DNA of 57,225 nt, counting the filler, from Dugesia japonica (taxonomy: Eukaryota): assembly GCA_001938525.1 (NCBI GenBank). It is 5 parts of 5 records of this genome, joined end to end, with 100 filler letters (N's around TTAATTAATTAA, not from the genome) between each part and the next. Parts side by side here need not be neighbours in the genome. Positions count along the whole stretch, not along the records: positions 11,694 to 20,723 come from MQRL01512491.1; positions 20,824 to 31,800 come from MQRL01583262.1; 3 more parts are not named here. One strand, 5' to 3'. Each line of letters begins with the position of its first letter. Position 1 is the stretch's first letter. The notes beneath the pieces are model-generated. The model worked only from the letters and a program-made list of their open reading frames with translations. It had not been told where the DNA came from and ran no database searches. The position numbers and the translations under genes are program-made. Shown one piece after another: positions 13,591-26,740 of this stretch.

Positions 13591-14259
13591 TTGACCTTTA
13601 ATAAATTTATTTATTACTGATTTACTTTATTTAATCAATATTTTAGTAAGTATTTGAGGCTATCATAAAATCTAAATCGTTTACAAATTAACGTTCTTAA
13701 AGATTGTAGATAAAATTTTAAAAAAAATTTAAAAAGTTATTAAAATTCTACCGATCTATTTATCGATAAAATTTTAAATTATGATCTAAAATTAGTTTAT
13801 TATCGTTCCTTTATTTTTGTATTAAATTTCAAAAAACAATAAAAATTACCATATCATCTCTTGATTTTTTCTGAAAAAGAAAATTAATTATTATTTTCAT
13901 CATGTAATGCATCATATTTATTTAACCGAATTTGATTGTTTATACTCACCTCCACAATATTTCACTTATAATTTTTACACATTTCAATTGTGAGATTATG
14001 TAATGCGACTATATGACACATGACAAATCGATACACAAATCGATACATACAAATCGACACAAAGACAAATCGATACATATTTTTTTGTATTTTTTTGGTA
14101 TATCTTTTACTGTATTTTGTCGTATTTTTCATTTTTAATAATTTTTACTGGTAATTATGAAAAATTTTATATTTTAAATGGGTTCTCACATTTTATTGGG
14201 ATGAGACTATTTGTAAAAAAATACAGTTTGTTAAAATGATTTTGAAATTTTTAAATCAA

Positions 14260-15390
14260 ATTTTTATGTGATTCCGGACGCACAACCCAAATTTTAAAAT
14301 TTTTTAACATATGGATATTTTCATCATTCGATCCAGAATTCGATTAGGATTATTTTTCAATCAAACCTTTTCTTCTTAAGACGTGAAATCTATTCGATAG
14401 AGAATTTTTGCTGATCATTAATAGCGATAATCTAAAATCGCCAAATTTTATGAAATAGAATTTTTGTCTCAAAAAATCTCAAATTTTGAATTTTGGCGCT
14501 CAATTTCCTTGGTGTACATAACCCACATGGCTTCAAAGTTGATACAATTGAACTCATAATTAAAATCTAACTGGATAAAGTTAAAATATCGTCTCGAGAA
14601 AAATGCTTCCTAACGAAGATTGTCAGCCCTCCTCCCGGATTGGTAANTTTTTTCGAGAAAATNAGAAGTACAAATTTAATTATCAACCAGTATATTGTTG
14701 ATTTCTAACAATTTTGGTTAAATATTTATTCGGTAAGGTCAGTTTTGATCATTTATGGTAAACTTTGTTTTTTTGGAATTGGACAATTGTTGTTGAAAAT
14801 TTACTTGGTAAGGTTGAAATAGGTGAAAATTGGACATTTTGGTCAATTTTATCTACAGTAAGGTTGATTTTGGATAATTTTGATCAAAAATCTCTTCGGT
14901 GAGATTAGATTTGGATGATTTTGGTAAGAAATTTGCTAGCATTGGTCAGTATTTCTGTATTCAATAGACATGGTTATTTCATGAAAAGATGAGACAAAAG
15001 TTTTTCGAAAGATTTTTATTTGTGAAAAAATCGACCTCATTTGACATCACCGAGCCAATTACAGACAAACATCACTTAAAACNATACAATCGAACNTAAT
15101 CGACCTCTCTGAGGAAATTCTAGACAAAAATCTACCTATAACCGTACAAAAATCTATCTCATTCGACCTCACTAAATAAATTACCAACTAAATACATATG
15201 AAAAATATTGTTGCTTAAAAAGCCTAAAAAATTTCCCAACTAAATGCACAATAAAAATACTGGATCACTTGCATAATATTACCTAATATGATGTCATTTT
15301 TTAATTCCCAACTAAATGCATTACGATGAAGTTTTATTATATCATCTAATCCTGGTGAAAGGTGATCCAGTGCGCCACTATCTACTTACA
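14260..15390. repeat. Dispersed non-coding repeat, related to 41140-42595
   Basis: Shares taatattacctaatatgatgt...ttcccaactaaatgcatta...taatcctgg and ctattcgatagagaatt motifs with the second copy. Confidence 0.6.
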
Positions 15391-15475
15391 TTTAGTATAC
15401 ATGTTAATAATATAATATAATATATACCAAATTAAAAAATTTCCCAGATATTATAATCTATGAATCACTCTTACA

Positions 15476-15476
<1 letters not shown>

Positions 15477-15530
<54 letters not shown>

Positions 15531-15625
15531 NNNNNNNNNNNNNNNNNNNNNNNNNNNNNNNNNNNNNNNNNNNNNNNNNNNNNNNNNNNNNNNNNNNNNN
15601 NNNNNNNNNNNNNNNNNNNNNNNNN

Positions 15626-15671
<46 letters not shown>

Positions 15672-15705
15672 TATTTTTATTATTATTTTTATTATTATTT
15701 TTATT
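15477..15705. repeat. (TAT)n microsatellite with gap
   Basis: Perfect TAT repeats. Confidence 0.9.
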
Positions 15706-15959
15706 AAAAACTTTCACATATTATTTATAAACTAATGTAAACTAATTCTAATTTATAAAAGTAAATAACAAAATTTTACTAAAATATAAAATATAAATGA
15801 TTTCAATTAAAAAATAAAATAAAAATTACCAAATTTTTTTTGAGTTTGATCTGAAATGAAAATATACAAAAGTAAAACTGTTAATCTATTAAAAAATGGA
15901 ATATATCTAGAATACCGAGTTTCCCCTTGTGTACAAGATTGTTTGTGAAGAATCCAAAT

Positions 15960-18000
15960 TTTTAAGACCGGACTTTTTTTAAAAAATCGAAAAACATGTT
16001 GGCATTTAAAAAATAAATTTTTTTAACTAAATGAATATCTTCTGCATCTTTCTTTGAAATTTGTTGATTTGTTATACTCAACACGAGTACATACCCAAAC
16101 CATTCATGCCTCATTAGTAGGGCAACCAAAAATATGCATTTGCATATTTTAGCATATTTAGGCTGTTTTTCTAATAAAAGCATTTTTATGCATTTTGCAT
16201 ATTTTCAAATTAAAAGCATATTTCAGCATATTTGTGACTTTATTGGATATTAAATTTGTTTTAATATTATAATTTTATTGAAAAATACAACATTTTTCCA
16301 AAAATGCCAAAATTGCCACAATCAATATCATCAAAATTAAATATCATGTTACGTGTATTGCTCACGGACTTCATTTGGTGTGTGAAAAGATTAGTGCTTT
16401 GTTTCCTGATGTTGACTGCCTCATTTCAAATATGAAGAAAGTTTTTTTTTAATTTCCATCAAGAATAACAATATTTAGAAATTGTGAACCTCATCTCCCC
16501 CTTCCACTAGAACCTATAATTACAAGATGAGGAACCTGGTTAGCAGCAGCATCATATTACGCTCATAATTTTGAAGAAATTGAAAATATAATCAATTTCT
16601 TAGATGATAAAGAGTCTTCATCAATACAAATTGTGAAAAATAATTTGAAAAATACTAATCTAAAAGGTAACCTAACTTTCATAGTATCGAATTATGCGTT
16701 GTTGGAATCATCAATAACAAAATTGGAAACAGAAAGTTTGTCTCTTCGGGATCAATTTCAAATATTAGATTTGATTGAAAAAACATAAAGTAAGTTAGAT
16801 AATGAAACAAAATATTATCAAAGAAAAATTTTGTGATGTTATTCCAAAAAATACCGGTTTGTTAATGTTGAAAATTATTTCTGGTTTTTTATCCGAAAAA
16901 AAAAATTCCGAAGAATATACAAGAATATATAATGTCGAAGAACTGATAGCTTTCAAATATGCTCCATTAACATCGACAGATGTTGAAATGAGTTTTTCGA
17001 TGTTTAAGAATGTATTTAAATCAAATGGACAAAGTTTTTTATTTGAAAACTTATCAAAGTTGTTTGTCATTTATTGCAATCAATAAATCTTATGTTTCTC
17101 TAATTTTTATCTTTTAGCTTTTTATGAGCATTTTGTAAGCATTTAAACACAATTTTAAAAGCAAATTCTAGGTTTTTAGAAGCATATTTTAAGCGCTTAT
17201 AACGTATTTTTAAGAGCATATTTTTGGTTGCTCTACTTATTAGTTACAAATCATTCCACATAAATCCAGAAGCGAAATATACCATAATTAAAGACTTTTT
17301 AACCAGTTTATATGTTCTTGTTTTATGTATTTTTAATCAAAACTGCGACTTCATTAACTGATGGCTTCTTAAAATTTATTCGTTGATTTCTTTGCATACT
17401 AGTTTCGATGTATTTAATAATTTGTAGCTTAATTTGACGTTTTAATGTCTTATTAGTTCTAACGTCTAACCTCTGAAAATATCTAGTTGTACCTGCTTGA
17501 ATAGAAATCTGATCAATATTTTGAGATCTTAAAAATTTTTTGATTTTAACTGCACAACGTATACTTGCAGAATTCCATATAATCATTCCTCTCTTGTTTC
17601 TTCGTATTAATTTGCGTAAAGGATTTGGTATTCACTATTTGATGACTGCATGTATCACCCAGGCCTTTTCAATTTCAATAATATCAATGCCGTTATGTGA
17701 ATATAATTAGCTGTTTTCTCCTTTTTAATAAATAATGGTGGCAATTTTGTTTCGTTGCGGCAAATGGCAAGAATGCCTGTGACACGCATCGATTTGTATT
17801 CCTTAGATTGTATATATATTCCTGGGGTTTCGCAGCGATAATTTGTTATCTCAAATGATTCGCCATCATAAACTGCCGTTTCATCCATACAAATTACAAA
17901 CCACTTATCATGTATCAAGAGATTTTTATAACTGATCTGAGTGACAAGCTCATCATCAATATTCAAATGAGTTGTTGATTTTCTAAGCGATTATTCTGAG
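15960..18000 (-). mobile_element. pogo/Tigger-like transposase remnant split by a hAT insertion
   Basis: MDETAV, KLPPLFI, IIWNSA and IQAGTTRYFQRLDVRTNKTLK (cf. IPxGxTxxLQPLDVxxNKxFK). Confidence 0.8.
16118..17235 (+). mobile_element. Internally deleted hAT transposon
   Basis: TIRs tagggcaaccaaaaatatgc / gcatatttttggttgctcta with 8-bp TSD ctcattag/cttattag. Transposase motifs HVTCIAHGLHLV, ITR*GTW and YAPLTSTDVEMSFS. Confidence 0.9.
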
Positions 18001-18086
18001 ACTATTTCTTAAGATAACATTGTCAACTCAATGATTACTTGGTTTGAAGATTTATGAGTATCTAGCTTCTCTGAATTAATTTTTCA

Positions 18087-18540
18087 AGAAACTTATATAG
18101 GTGAAACATGCAGAACCGCCCTAAAAAGAGTTAAGGAACATCTGAAACAAAAAGAAAGTGAATTCTTCAAATGTTTTCAACACAAACAAAAAATTTCACC
18201 AGAAAAACATCACATAACATGGAAAACCCTAGGAACAGGCTACATTTCCACACTTCATAGAATTACTAATTAAAGAAGATAATTCTAAATTCATTGTAAT
18301 TTATAATAATTAAATAATTAAAATTAACCAATTAAAATTTAGTAAAAATAAATACTTTCAAAGAAAATTAATTTTGTAAAAATGCATATTGAATAAATCA
18401 AAAATAGTCAATTCCTGACGAAGACAAAGTCGAAAATTTTAATTATTATCAAAAACATAAAACACAAATTTTGATCGAAGCTTTTATTTAAATGAATTCT
18501 GAAAAACGATTAATGGTTACATACAACAATTATTTTCACG
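18087..18540 (+). mobile_element. Penelope-like element 3' end: GIY-YIG endonuclease remnant plus pLTR
   Basis: ETYIGETCRTALKRVKEHLK (YIGxTxR...R..EH), followed by a pLTR with hammerhead core at 18409-18445. Confidence 0.85.
18409..18445 (+). ncRNA. Minimal type-I hammerhead ribozyme motif (helix I slightly decayed)
   Basis: caattc-CTGACGA-a-gac-aaa-gtc-GAAA-at-TT-taatt. Confidence 0.65.
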
Positions 18541-18569
18541 TGGGAAATATTGTTGTGAGTATGTTTTAA

Positions 18570-19360
18570 GCGAGTTGAAATTTTTGTGTGGTTGGTGATC
18601 GTTTTTCTTGAAATCTTTTTTGAAAAAAATTTTAATTGAAATGAAAGATTAAATGACCAATAAGTAATTGTTTTAAATTTTGAAATTACATGTTAATAAG
18701 TAAACAAAATTTATTTTAAAATCTTAATAAAAAACAAATGAATAATAAGTAATTGTTTTAAATTCTGAAATTAAGTTTTAACNNNNNNNNNNNNNNNNNN
18801 NNNNNNNNNNNNNNNNNNNNNNNNNNNNNNNNNNNNAAGTAATTGTTTTAAATTTTGAAATTAAAATTTTAATAAAAAAACTGAAAATTTATTTTAAAAA
18901 TTTAAATAAAAAATCAAATGACTTTAAATAGATTTTAAAAAAATCTTAAGAAACAATCACCAATTTAAAACAGGAATTTAATTTGTTTAAAAACTCAATT
19001 AGTGTTGTNNNNNNNNNNNNNNNNNNNNNNNNNNNNNNNNNNNNNNNNNNNNNNNNNNATTTATTTTAAAATCTTAATAAAAAACAAATGAATAATAAGT
19101 AATTGTTTTAAATTCTGAAATTAAGTTTTAACCAATAAATTAAAAATTTCTTTTAAAAATCTGATCTAAAAATTCAAATGACTAATAAGTAATTGTTTTA
19201 AATTTTGAAATTAAAATTTTAATAAAAAAACTGAAAATTTATTTTAAAAATTTAAATAAAAAATCAAATGACTTTAAATAGATTTTAAAAAAATCTTAAG
19301 AAACAATCACCAATTTAAAACAGGAATTTAATTTGTTTAAAAACTCAATTAGTGTTGTTA
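18570..19360. repeat. AT-rich element with iterated aagtaattgttttaaattttgaaatt units, locally duplicated
   Basis: Unit recurs about 5 times. 18710-19008 is repeated at 19059-19358. End motif gtgtggttggtgat also occurs at ~11205-11222. Confidence 0.6.
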
Positions 19361-20040
19361 TAGTTTTTTATATTTATAAAAGTATGAATTTGAATTGTGG
19401 TGTTAAGGATTCGATAAGTTTTCAAAACACAACTAACAATTGTAATAAATTCTTGTTGTTGATAGGAATTATTTGCTCGTCGATACTCATCTATTGCTCT
19501 ACCTATTATTGCAGGCAATCTTCTCGTACTATATTTGGAAAAGAAAATTTTCGAATCAGCGATTGTAGCTTTAATCATCTCGTCATTTTGAAATTTTACT
19601 TTAGTCATTGAACTGCAAGATTTTTTAGGGATAACTGAAGACTTACTTCATTAGCAACGGCAGCACTCTGAACTTACTGGGCCAACGCATACTTTACCAG
19701 TTAAACCAACCTCACCTTGATAAAAATTTTTACGTAATGCTCAATTTTTGACAGAGACAGAATTTATCTGAACTGAATAGACATTTGTTCGTTCTACAGT
19801 GTGTTCAATACGTTTGGGTGGAAAGGATTGCATGAAGTTGCGTATTGATTCACTAATCTCAGGAATTTTAAACTGGAAATACTGTATTAAATAAATAAGT
19901 CAAATATCATCAAGCTGCATTCATATTGTGTGCGTTAATCACGCAAAGCAACCAATGAGCATATATTTGTATTTTTGAACAAAAAAGCGTGAAAAAATAT
20001 TCACTAGCTCGATCTGGCACCATGGATTATGAAAGGGTTA
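19360..20040 (-). mobile_element. Possible piggyBac-type terminus with decayed unknown ORF
   Basis: Minus strand begins TTAA|CCCTTTC at 20040. No partner end or transposase motif seen. Confidence 0.25.
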
Positions 20041-20129
20041 ATAAAAATTTTGACATTTAAAATTAAATGAAATTTCAAAAATAATTTATTTAAGCAATTA
20101 GATAATTTTATTATTAAAAAAAATTAATA

Positions 20130-20723
20130 CTTCAAATCTATATTCTTCTATTAGTTCTATAATTTCTCGATATTCTTTTTCTTTTGCTATATCCAATGCT
20201 GATTGCTTATCCTGCAGATTNNNNNNNNNNNNNNNNNNNNNNNNNNNNNNNNNNNNNNNNNNNNNAATATCAATATCACAATTATGGCTAATCAATATTT
20301 TCACAATTTCACAATGACCCTCTTTACATGCCAAATGAATTGGGCTCTCATTCCACTAAATATTTTCTATCATTATTCTGTCAATTAATAATATAAATTA
20401 ACTTGATTAATTACATTGATTTTGGATTTATTTCGGATCAATATTTGTACAATATCAACATGACCAGTTGAACATGCCAAATGAATTGGATTTTGATTTG
20501 ACTAGAAATTATTCTTTAAATGATTAATTGTTGTAATTAATTAAGAAACCGCGTCTTTTTCGTTAATTTTACACCCATTTTGGACCAATAATTTAACTAT
20601 ATTCAAAAATCCTTTTTCGCATGCGATGTGAATCGGACGTTTTTGATACTTAAAAAAAATTATTTCAAAATCTTCATAATTTAATATCTTAATAACTTCT
20701 CCAGTTTCATTAATGTTACATTT
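20130..20723 (-). CDS. Ankyrin-repeat protein, partial, one repeat per exon
   Basis: Exons YQKRPIHIACEKGFLNIVKLLVQNGCKINEKDA / QNPIHLACSTGHVDIVQILI / WNESPIHLACKEGHCEIVKILISHNCDIDI / KQSALDIAKEK, separated by short GT-AG introns. Confidence 0.85.
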
Positions 20724-20823
20724 NNNNNNNNNNNNNNNNNNNNNNNNNNNNNNNNNNNNNNNNNNNNTTAATTAATTAANNNNNNNNNNNNNNNNNNNNN
20801 NNNNNNNNNNNNNNNNNNNNNNN
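20724..20823. other. Artificial scaffold-joining spacer
   Basis: N44-TTAATTAATTAA-N44. Confidence 0.95.
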
Positions 20824-22445
20824 TTTATTTAATTCTCTCTTTATAAATATTTCTTAAAAAATTGTTCTCAACTCTATTCTGTACATTTTTTTAATGGAAC
20901 CGAAAACAAAAGAAACTAGTTTTATTGAAACGAAATATTTTACCATCCCGAGAGAATTAACTATATCAATGAAGGTGTAACTCAGTATGATTTTCCAAAT
21001 ACAATCTCACATAAACTATGCAAGCCATCAATCGAAATATAATAATAAACATTATGTTTTTAAAGTTAAATAAGAAATTATTACTAATAATTATTCGTAT
21101 ATACGTTTATTACCAGTTTCTTAATCTTGTTATCCAATATACTGACAATATTTTCTCATGAATTTTCACATTTTATCAAATTTTGAGATTAAAAGTTATT
21201 TATATTATATTAAATAACTATTAAAACTAAAATGAAAACCTTTAACTAAAAAAATTGATAAATGCGATCTAATTAAAATAATTTATTTGTGTTTTATTTA
21301 CTATCTACTTGACCACCTCAGATAACTGACAAATATATTATTATATTCAATACATTCTGAACATTCATCTGATCTATAGTAATTATTATATTTAGTATAT
21401 CATAAACAATGTTTCTGGATACAAATATATTCTCTGTACTCATACATATACTTATATTTCTCCAGATCTTTAAATCGACTATTGAATAATTGAAAACACA
21501 ATACAATCTTTTCATTTCTAATTACGAATCTGTTTAAAATACGATAAGTTTTAACCAAATTTTTAAAGGACATTATTCTGTGATGTTAATAACAATTCTA
21601 ACTAGTGCAATCAAAGAAGTTTGATATCTTCATATTTAATTTTTCTTATTTTTTACAAAAAAAATTAACCTTGAGACTAGTCAATATTATGTAACGGAGG
21701 ATTAAAAATATGTGTGTCTATCAAGACAAGTAATGTGAAGTATTTACATTGGCTTTCTGGCCCAGTTTGCTTTAAACGTATGTATGTAGTTTTTCCGAAG
21801 GTCAAGGTCAAATATTAATGTACTGTATTAGTAATTGCTAACTCACATTTACACATAATGGAAACTTAAAAAGTATTTTCTCAATGAAACTGTTTTCTGA
21901 ACAAGGCTGTAAATTATTGCATAATAATCTTAACATTTATTGCCTGTTTTATCACCATGATACCATGTTCACATTGAAATGTGATTGAATTTGTAAAAAA
22001 AAAATCAACTTATATTATTAATAAATATTTTATAATTATTAATATTTTTTTATTCTTAATCAATAGTTTACAAATTTCAATCAATATGTTTCAATGAAAC
22101 AATTGTTTGTGATTTAGACGCAATGTAAAAATAGTTTACCGTTTATTATTGTCGAACACTTTGTTAAGTCAATCTATATCGTTAAATGATTTTCTCGTCA
22201 AGAATACCACCTGAATTATTTGAAGATAAAAGTTGGATCTTTATCATACTTATTATTTAAAACCAGAAAGCATAAACGAAATCATGGAAATAAACTTGGA
22301 AGTTTCTTTAAAAGAGAGAAATAATAATTGAAACTCTTGATTATAAGAAAAATAAAACTGTATTATGGATTAGAGATTTTTTATTCGGTACTTGTCTAAT
22401 TAATTTGAATAATATTTATTAATGCAGATATATTTGAAAATAACT

Positions 22446-24148
22446 ATACTTTTCAACGTCAAATTGGGAATAAACAATTTCATATTGGGAATAATTAATT
22501 TGAAATTGTAAATGGACAACTATACATTTAAATATAAAATAAAAATTAAAAATCAATAATTTTAATTAAATGCTCAAAATGAGAATAAGTTAAAACACAT
22601 CTGATAGCAAAAATTAACTTTAAAATCGAACATCTGTCATATCAGATTTGAATTTTTGTATATGAGAGATATATCTGGTGAATTCTACAACTGTTAGATT
22701 TCTTATATTTTTAATTATTATGGTTTCTAACTGCCATAAACGATACTTGGTTTGGGTTATATTGATTATGTTATATATAAATATATGGTCCAAGTCTTAG
22801 AAATCGATGACCAACAAATTCGTTTTCCTGAAAAACTTATTTGGTTGAAGCAAGACAAGGCACATTATCAGTTACTAATAACGTTTGATTGATACATATT
22901 TTGGACATTCTAAAGGCAATGACGTACAAATTATTTGGCTTCTGGCTTCTTGAAAGCTCCCTTTCTAATTTATTGATAAACCAAACACATTTCCGATACA
23001 CCCAAATTCATGAATATTTGTTCCTTGCAGCCAGCAGAAATAAGTAAACGACTTCTTTTTTTAGATCGAAACTTTCTTCCTGATATAAATACATTGAAGT
23101 TGATCTCATCCATGTAGATAATGGGGATATGTTCTGCTTGATATTCCAAAAGTTGTTGAACATAATTACGTCTTTTATCTTTATTTTCCTTAGTATTTGC
23201 TTTTTCAGGTTCTCTATGAATATCTTTTAATGTAAACAGTAAGCCATCTAAGTGTTTCCATAAACAATCCGTAAAAATGTCAATTTGGTTATTTTCATGA
23301 ATTTTTTGTTTTAATTCTTTCAAAGTTATTATTGGATTCTCTTCAACATACTGCTTCATAAAAACATGGTGCTCAGCAAAAATTTTGGATCTTCTCCTTT
23401 CATCACGTTGTTCTTCGTTTTCTTGTTGATTTATCCAGCGATAAGCGGTGGATCTTTTCACTTCTAATCTATTTGCAAGTAATCTCCAGTCTTCATTGTT
23501 ATTATACAATGTGCAAAGTTGTTTTTTCATATTCTAGGCTTCTGTTTTTTTATGTATGTCCTTTTCATTTTCGAAGATTTCGTGTATTTATAGTTTAAGA
23601 AAAAAATTAAATAATATAATATTTAATTGATTTTTTAAAACCACAATAAATGAAAATATAAGAAATCTAACAGTTGTGGAATGCACCTAATATACATCTC
23701 TCATTTACAAAATTCAACCCTGATGCGTTAAATATGACGGATGTTCAATTTTAATGATATTTGTTTGCGATGAAATATTTTCTAACTTATTCTCATTCTG
23801 AGCATTTAATATAAAATGATTGGGTTTTTAATTTTCACTTTATATTTAAATTTTACAATTGCAATTATTGCGAGAATAATTGTGAGACATAACCATTGAT
23901 AGTTTTATAGAATTCATTTAATATAAAAGCTTTGATCAAAATTTAGGTTTTTATTTATTGATATTGGATAACAATTCGATATCAATAAATAAAAACCTAA
24001 ATTTTGATCAAAGCTTTTATATTAAATGAATTATATTTAAATGTATAGTTTTCCATTTTCAACTTCAAATGAATTATTCCCAATGTGAAAATGTTTATTC
24101 TTAATTGGAAATTATTTATTCCCAATTTGAAGTTGAAAACGTATTGTA
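22446..24148 (-). mobile_element. IS630/Tc1-superfamily transposon with ~270-bp TIRs, decayed transposase
   Basis: ORF 22970-23530 has an HTH (VKRSTAYRW) and first catalytic IIYMDE. 22446-22712 is an imperfect inverted copy of 23652-24148. Confidence 0.85.
23852..24030. mobile_element. Palindromic Penelope-like pLTR insertion lacking the hammerhead core
   Basis: Inverted arms. 12-bp TSD ttatatttaaat (23840-23851 / 24031-24042). Interrupts the right TIR of the Tc1-like element. Confidence 0.8.
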
Positions 24149-24417
24149 TAATTAAACATAGCCGATATTGAGAGGGCTAAATAAAAGTTTCAATCATTTT
24201 TATATTGACGTCGGATTTGAAATAACTGCCTTCAATTTTTTTCCGAGCTGCGTATAAGATAATGCAGCAGAAAAATTTATCTATTCAAGATATTTTTCTT
24301 CTGTTTTCTAGAATTTTTTACAATAGAAAACAAATTCGATTGAATCTTAGAATTTCTTTTTCAATTGAGACACAGTTTTATAAAGGCTACTGAAAATTCA
24401 GTCTTATATGTTCTTCT

Positions 24418-24821
24418 GTCTTTCATGAATCGGTGGGCGGTGACGCATAACTGTTCTTAGTTGGTGGAGCGATTTGTCAGGTTAATTCCGATAACGACCG
24501 AGCCTCTAACTTGCTAAATATTATAGTTATTTTAATTCGTACATAACCACTTCTTAGAAGAATCAATAGTGCCTAGCTAAATGAAAAAGAACAATAACAG
24601 GTCTGTGATGCCCTTAGATGTCCGGGTCTGGACGTGCGCTACGATGGCAGTTCCAACGAGTATACTTTACTAAAAATGATCGGACAGTCTTATAAAACAT
24701 TGTCGAAACATGGATTGTGAATTGTAATTATGTCACTTGAACGAGGAACTCCTAGTAAGCGCAAGTCACTAGCTTGCGCTGAATAGTTCCCTGCTCTTTG
24801 TACACACCACCCGTCGCTACT
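24418..24821 (+). pseudogene. 18S rRNA 3' fragment (pseudogene)
   Basis: ttcttagttggtggagcgatttgtc, aataacaggtctgtgatgcccttagatgt and tttgtacacaccacccgtcgctact. Substitutions in universally conserved sites; truncated at both ends. Confidence 0.92.
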
Positions 24822-25559
24822 GTTGAAAACAAAGAATCAAGAAAGTGATATCTCTATTCTTCTTTTTTTGTTTGTTCAGGTCATTAGACAAGTTCTGTTT
24901 ACTGAGATTTTAGGGGGCTTAAAGAGTTCAAATTTCAATTTTATATTTCGTTAGTTTTTTAAACTTATGTTCCGTCAATTTTGATAATGTAATTTAGTAT
25001 TTTATTAATTTAGTTTGATTTTCCCTTATTCAGTTGATTTAATCGGTTCTATGAAAGAACAGAACAATTTTCCTATAATTTTCCATTTTTTTACATTGCT
25101 AATTTATTTGTTTTGATTAATTTAATATCATTTTGCAAATATGCATTCANTTTTAGTTGTCTTTTACTCATTTAAATAGCTATTTTTTCTGGTTTTTCAA
25201 TTGCTTTACTACTTTTGATTTAGGTTGAGTATTGTAGCAACTCATTCAAAAACGATTAATCAAAAAATTAATAAAAATGTTTATTTATTTTAAATTGATT
25301 AAATTCAATGAAATTATTTAATTACAGTTGTTTTTTTTAATTACTCAGTTAAATTCGTACACCGGTAAAAATTTAATATTTACTTATTATGCATTAAAAC
25401 AAAATTATTAAATATTAGAATTATTTTATAGTTGTAAACACTTTAATATGTAGTTTTAAATTATACTAATTAATTTGATGTTGTTGCCACTTACAAGAAC
25501 AATGCTGGGGTAAAGAGCATTCTCTAATTATCTCTTTATTAANNNNNNNNNNNNTAATA

Positions 25560-25657
25560 AGCTGAATGAAGCTCCGTATTTAAGATTATGCCTTGCATCA
25601 ATCGAACCTGATTTCAAAAAACTATCTGTCTTAAAGCAAGCTCAAGGTTCTCACTAA
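25560..25657 (+). pseudogene. hAT (Buster/Charlie) transposase extreme C-terminus
   Basis: LRLCLASIEPDFKKLSVLKQAQGSH*. Confidence 0.65.
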
Positions 25658-25869
25658 ATATAATAAGATAAGTTAAAATAAATGTAAAATTGCGAATATT
25701 TAACTTTATGTTTATAGTAGTTTATATTTATTACGTTCTTTATTAAAAATTATGTTTCTATAAACAAATCTTTTAGTTTTCATCAATAAACAAAATTAAA
25801 CTTCATAAATTAATTTGAAAAATAATTTATACGGATTTTGGTATTGATTGAACTAAATTTGATGTTACA

Positions 25870-26740
25870 TTTTTGATGATTTTCACCCATTCTGTGAAAA
25901 TGTTTCTTTAAATTATTTTTATTTCCAATCCAATGTAAACAAGTTTTTCTGCACAAGTATTTCTACAAACGTTCAATTAAACTTAAATCTGGTGATGCGA
26001 GTGAGAGAGTGTTTTCATAACCTTTTCATAACAGTTACTCCTTAGCAAGTAATGAAGAATGCTTAGNNNNNNNNNNNNNNNNNNNNNNNNNNNNNNNNNN
26101 NNNNNNNNNNNNNNNNNNNNNNNNNNNNNNNNNNNNNNNNNNNNNNNNNNNNNNNNNNNNNNNNNNNNNNNNNNNNNNNNNNNNAATTTCCCAATAACAG
26201 CCGCCGAGATACAAATCAGATAATTACTGAACCACTACCATGCTTAAACTTCATATTTAAGTTCTTCATTATGTTTGCACTATATATTTACTTCTCGATC
26301 TGACTGAAAAATGCTGAATTTATTTTCATCAGAGAAAGTATTTTCCTAAAATTCCAAATTTTGATTTTTGTACTAATTTGCTAATTCTACACAATAATTA
26401 ATTTCGCCCATTAATAAAAGGTTTGTTTCTTGCAATTCTTCAATGGAAATTATTTTTACTCTGTACTTTTATAATTGTCTCGGAGTTTACTTCTTCCGCT
26501 ATTTTTGGTGCATTTCTTATCGGTTTATTTATAATATTTTCTGAGATCCAGCGTTCATCGTGAACTGTTAATTTTTGTAATATTAGTTTTTTTNAGATTT
26601 ACATGCAATTTAATATCAAGCTTTATGTTTTTTTTACCGTACTAAAGATTCTATAAACTATTCACAGCTTTCAATATGATTTTCCCCAATTTTTGAAACT
26701 GTCTATCATTATTTTTCTTCTATCGTTGTTTGTTTCATTT
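25870..26740 (-). mobile_element. Tc1 transposase remnant
   Basis: KLTVHDERWI, APKIAEEV, FSDENKF and KHGSGSV motifs with frameshifts. Confidence 0.75.

Noticed and set aside
13288-15735. Poly-Asn/Tyr/Ile ORFs
   Set aside because: They are translations of AAT microsatellites and N gaps.
20930-21530. Exon-like segments on the minus strand
   Set aside because: In-frame stops and no recognisable domain.
22446-24148. Fanzor/TnpB partner of the IS630-like transposon
   Set aside because: No room or RuvC/zinc-finger motifs between the TIRs.
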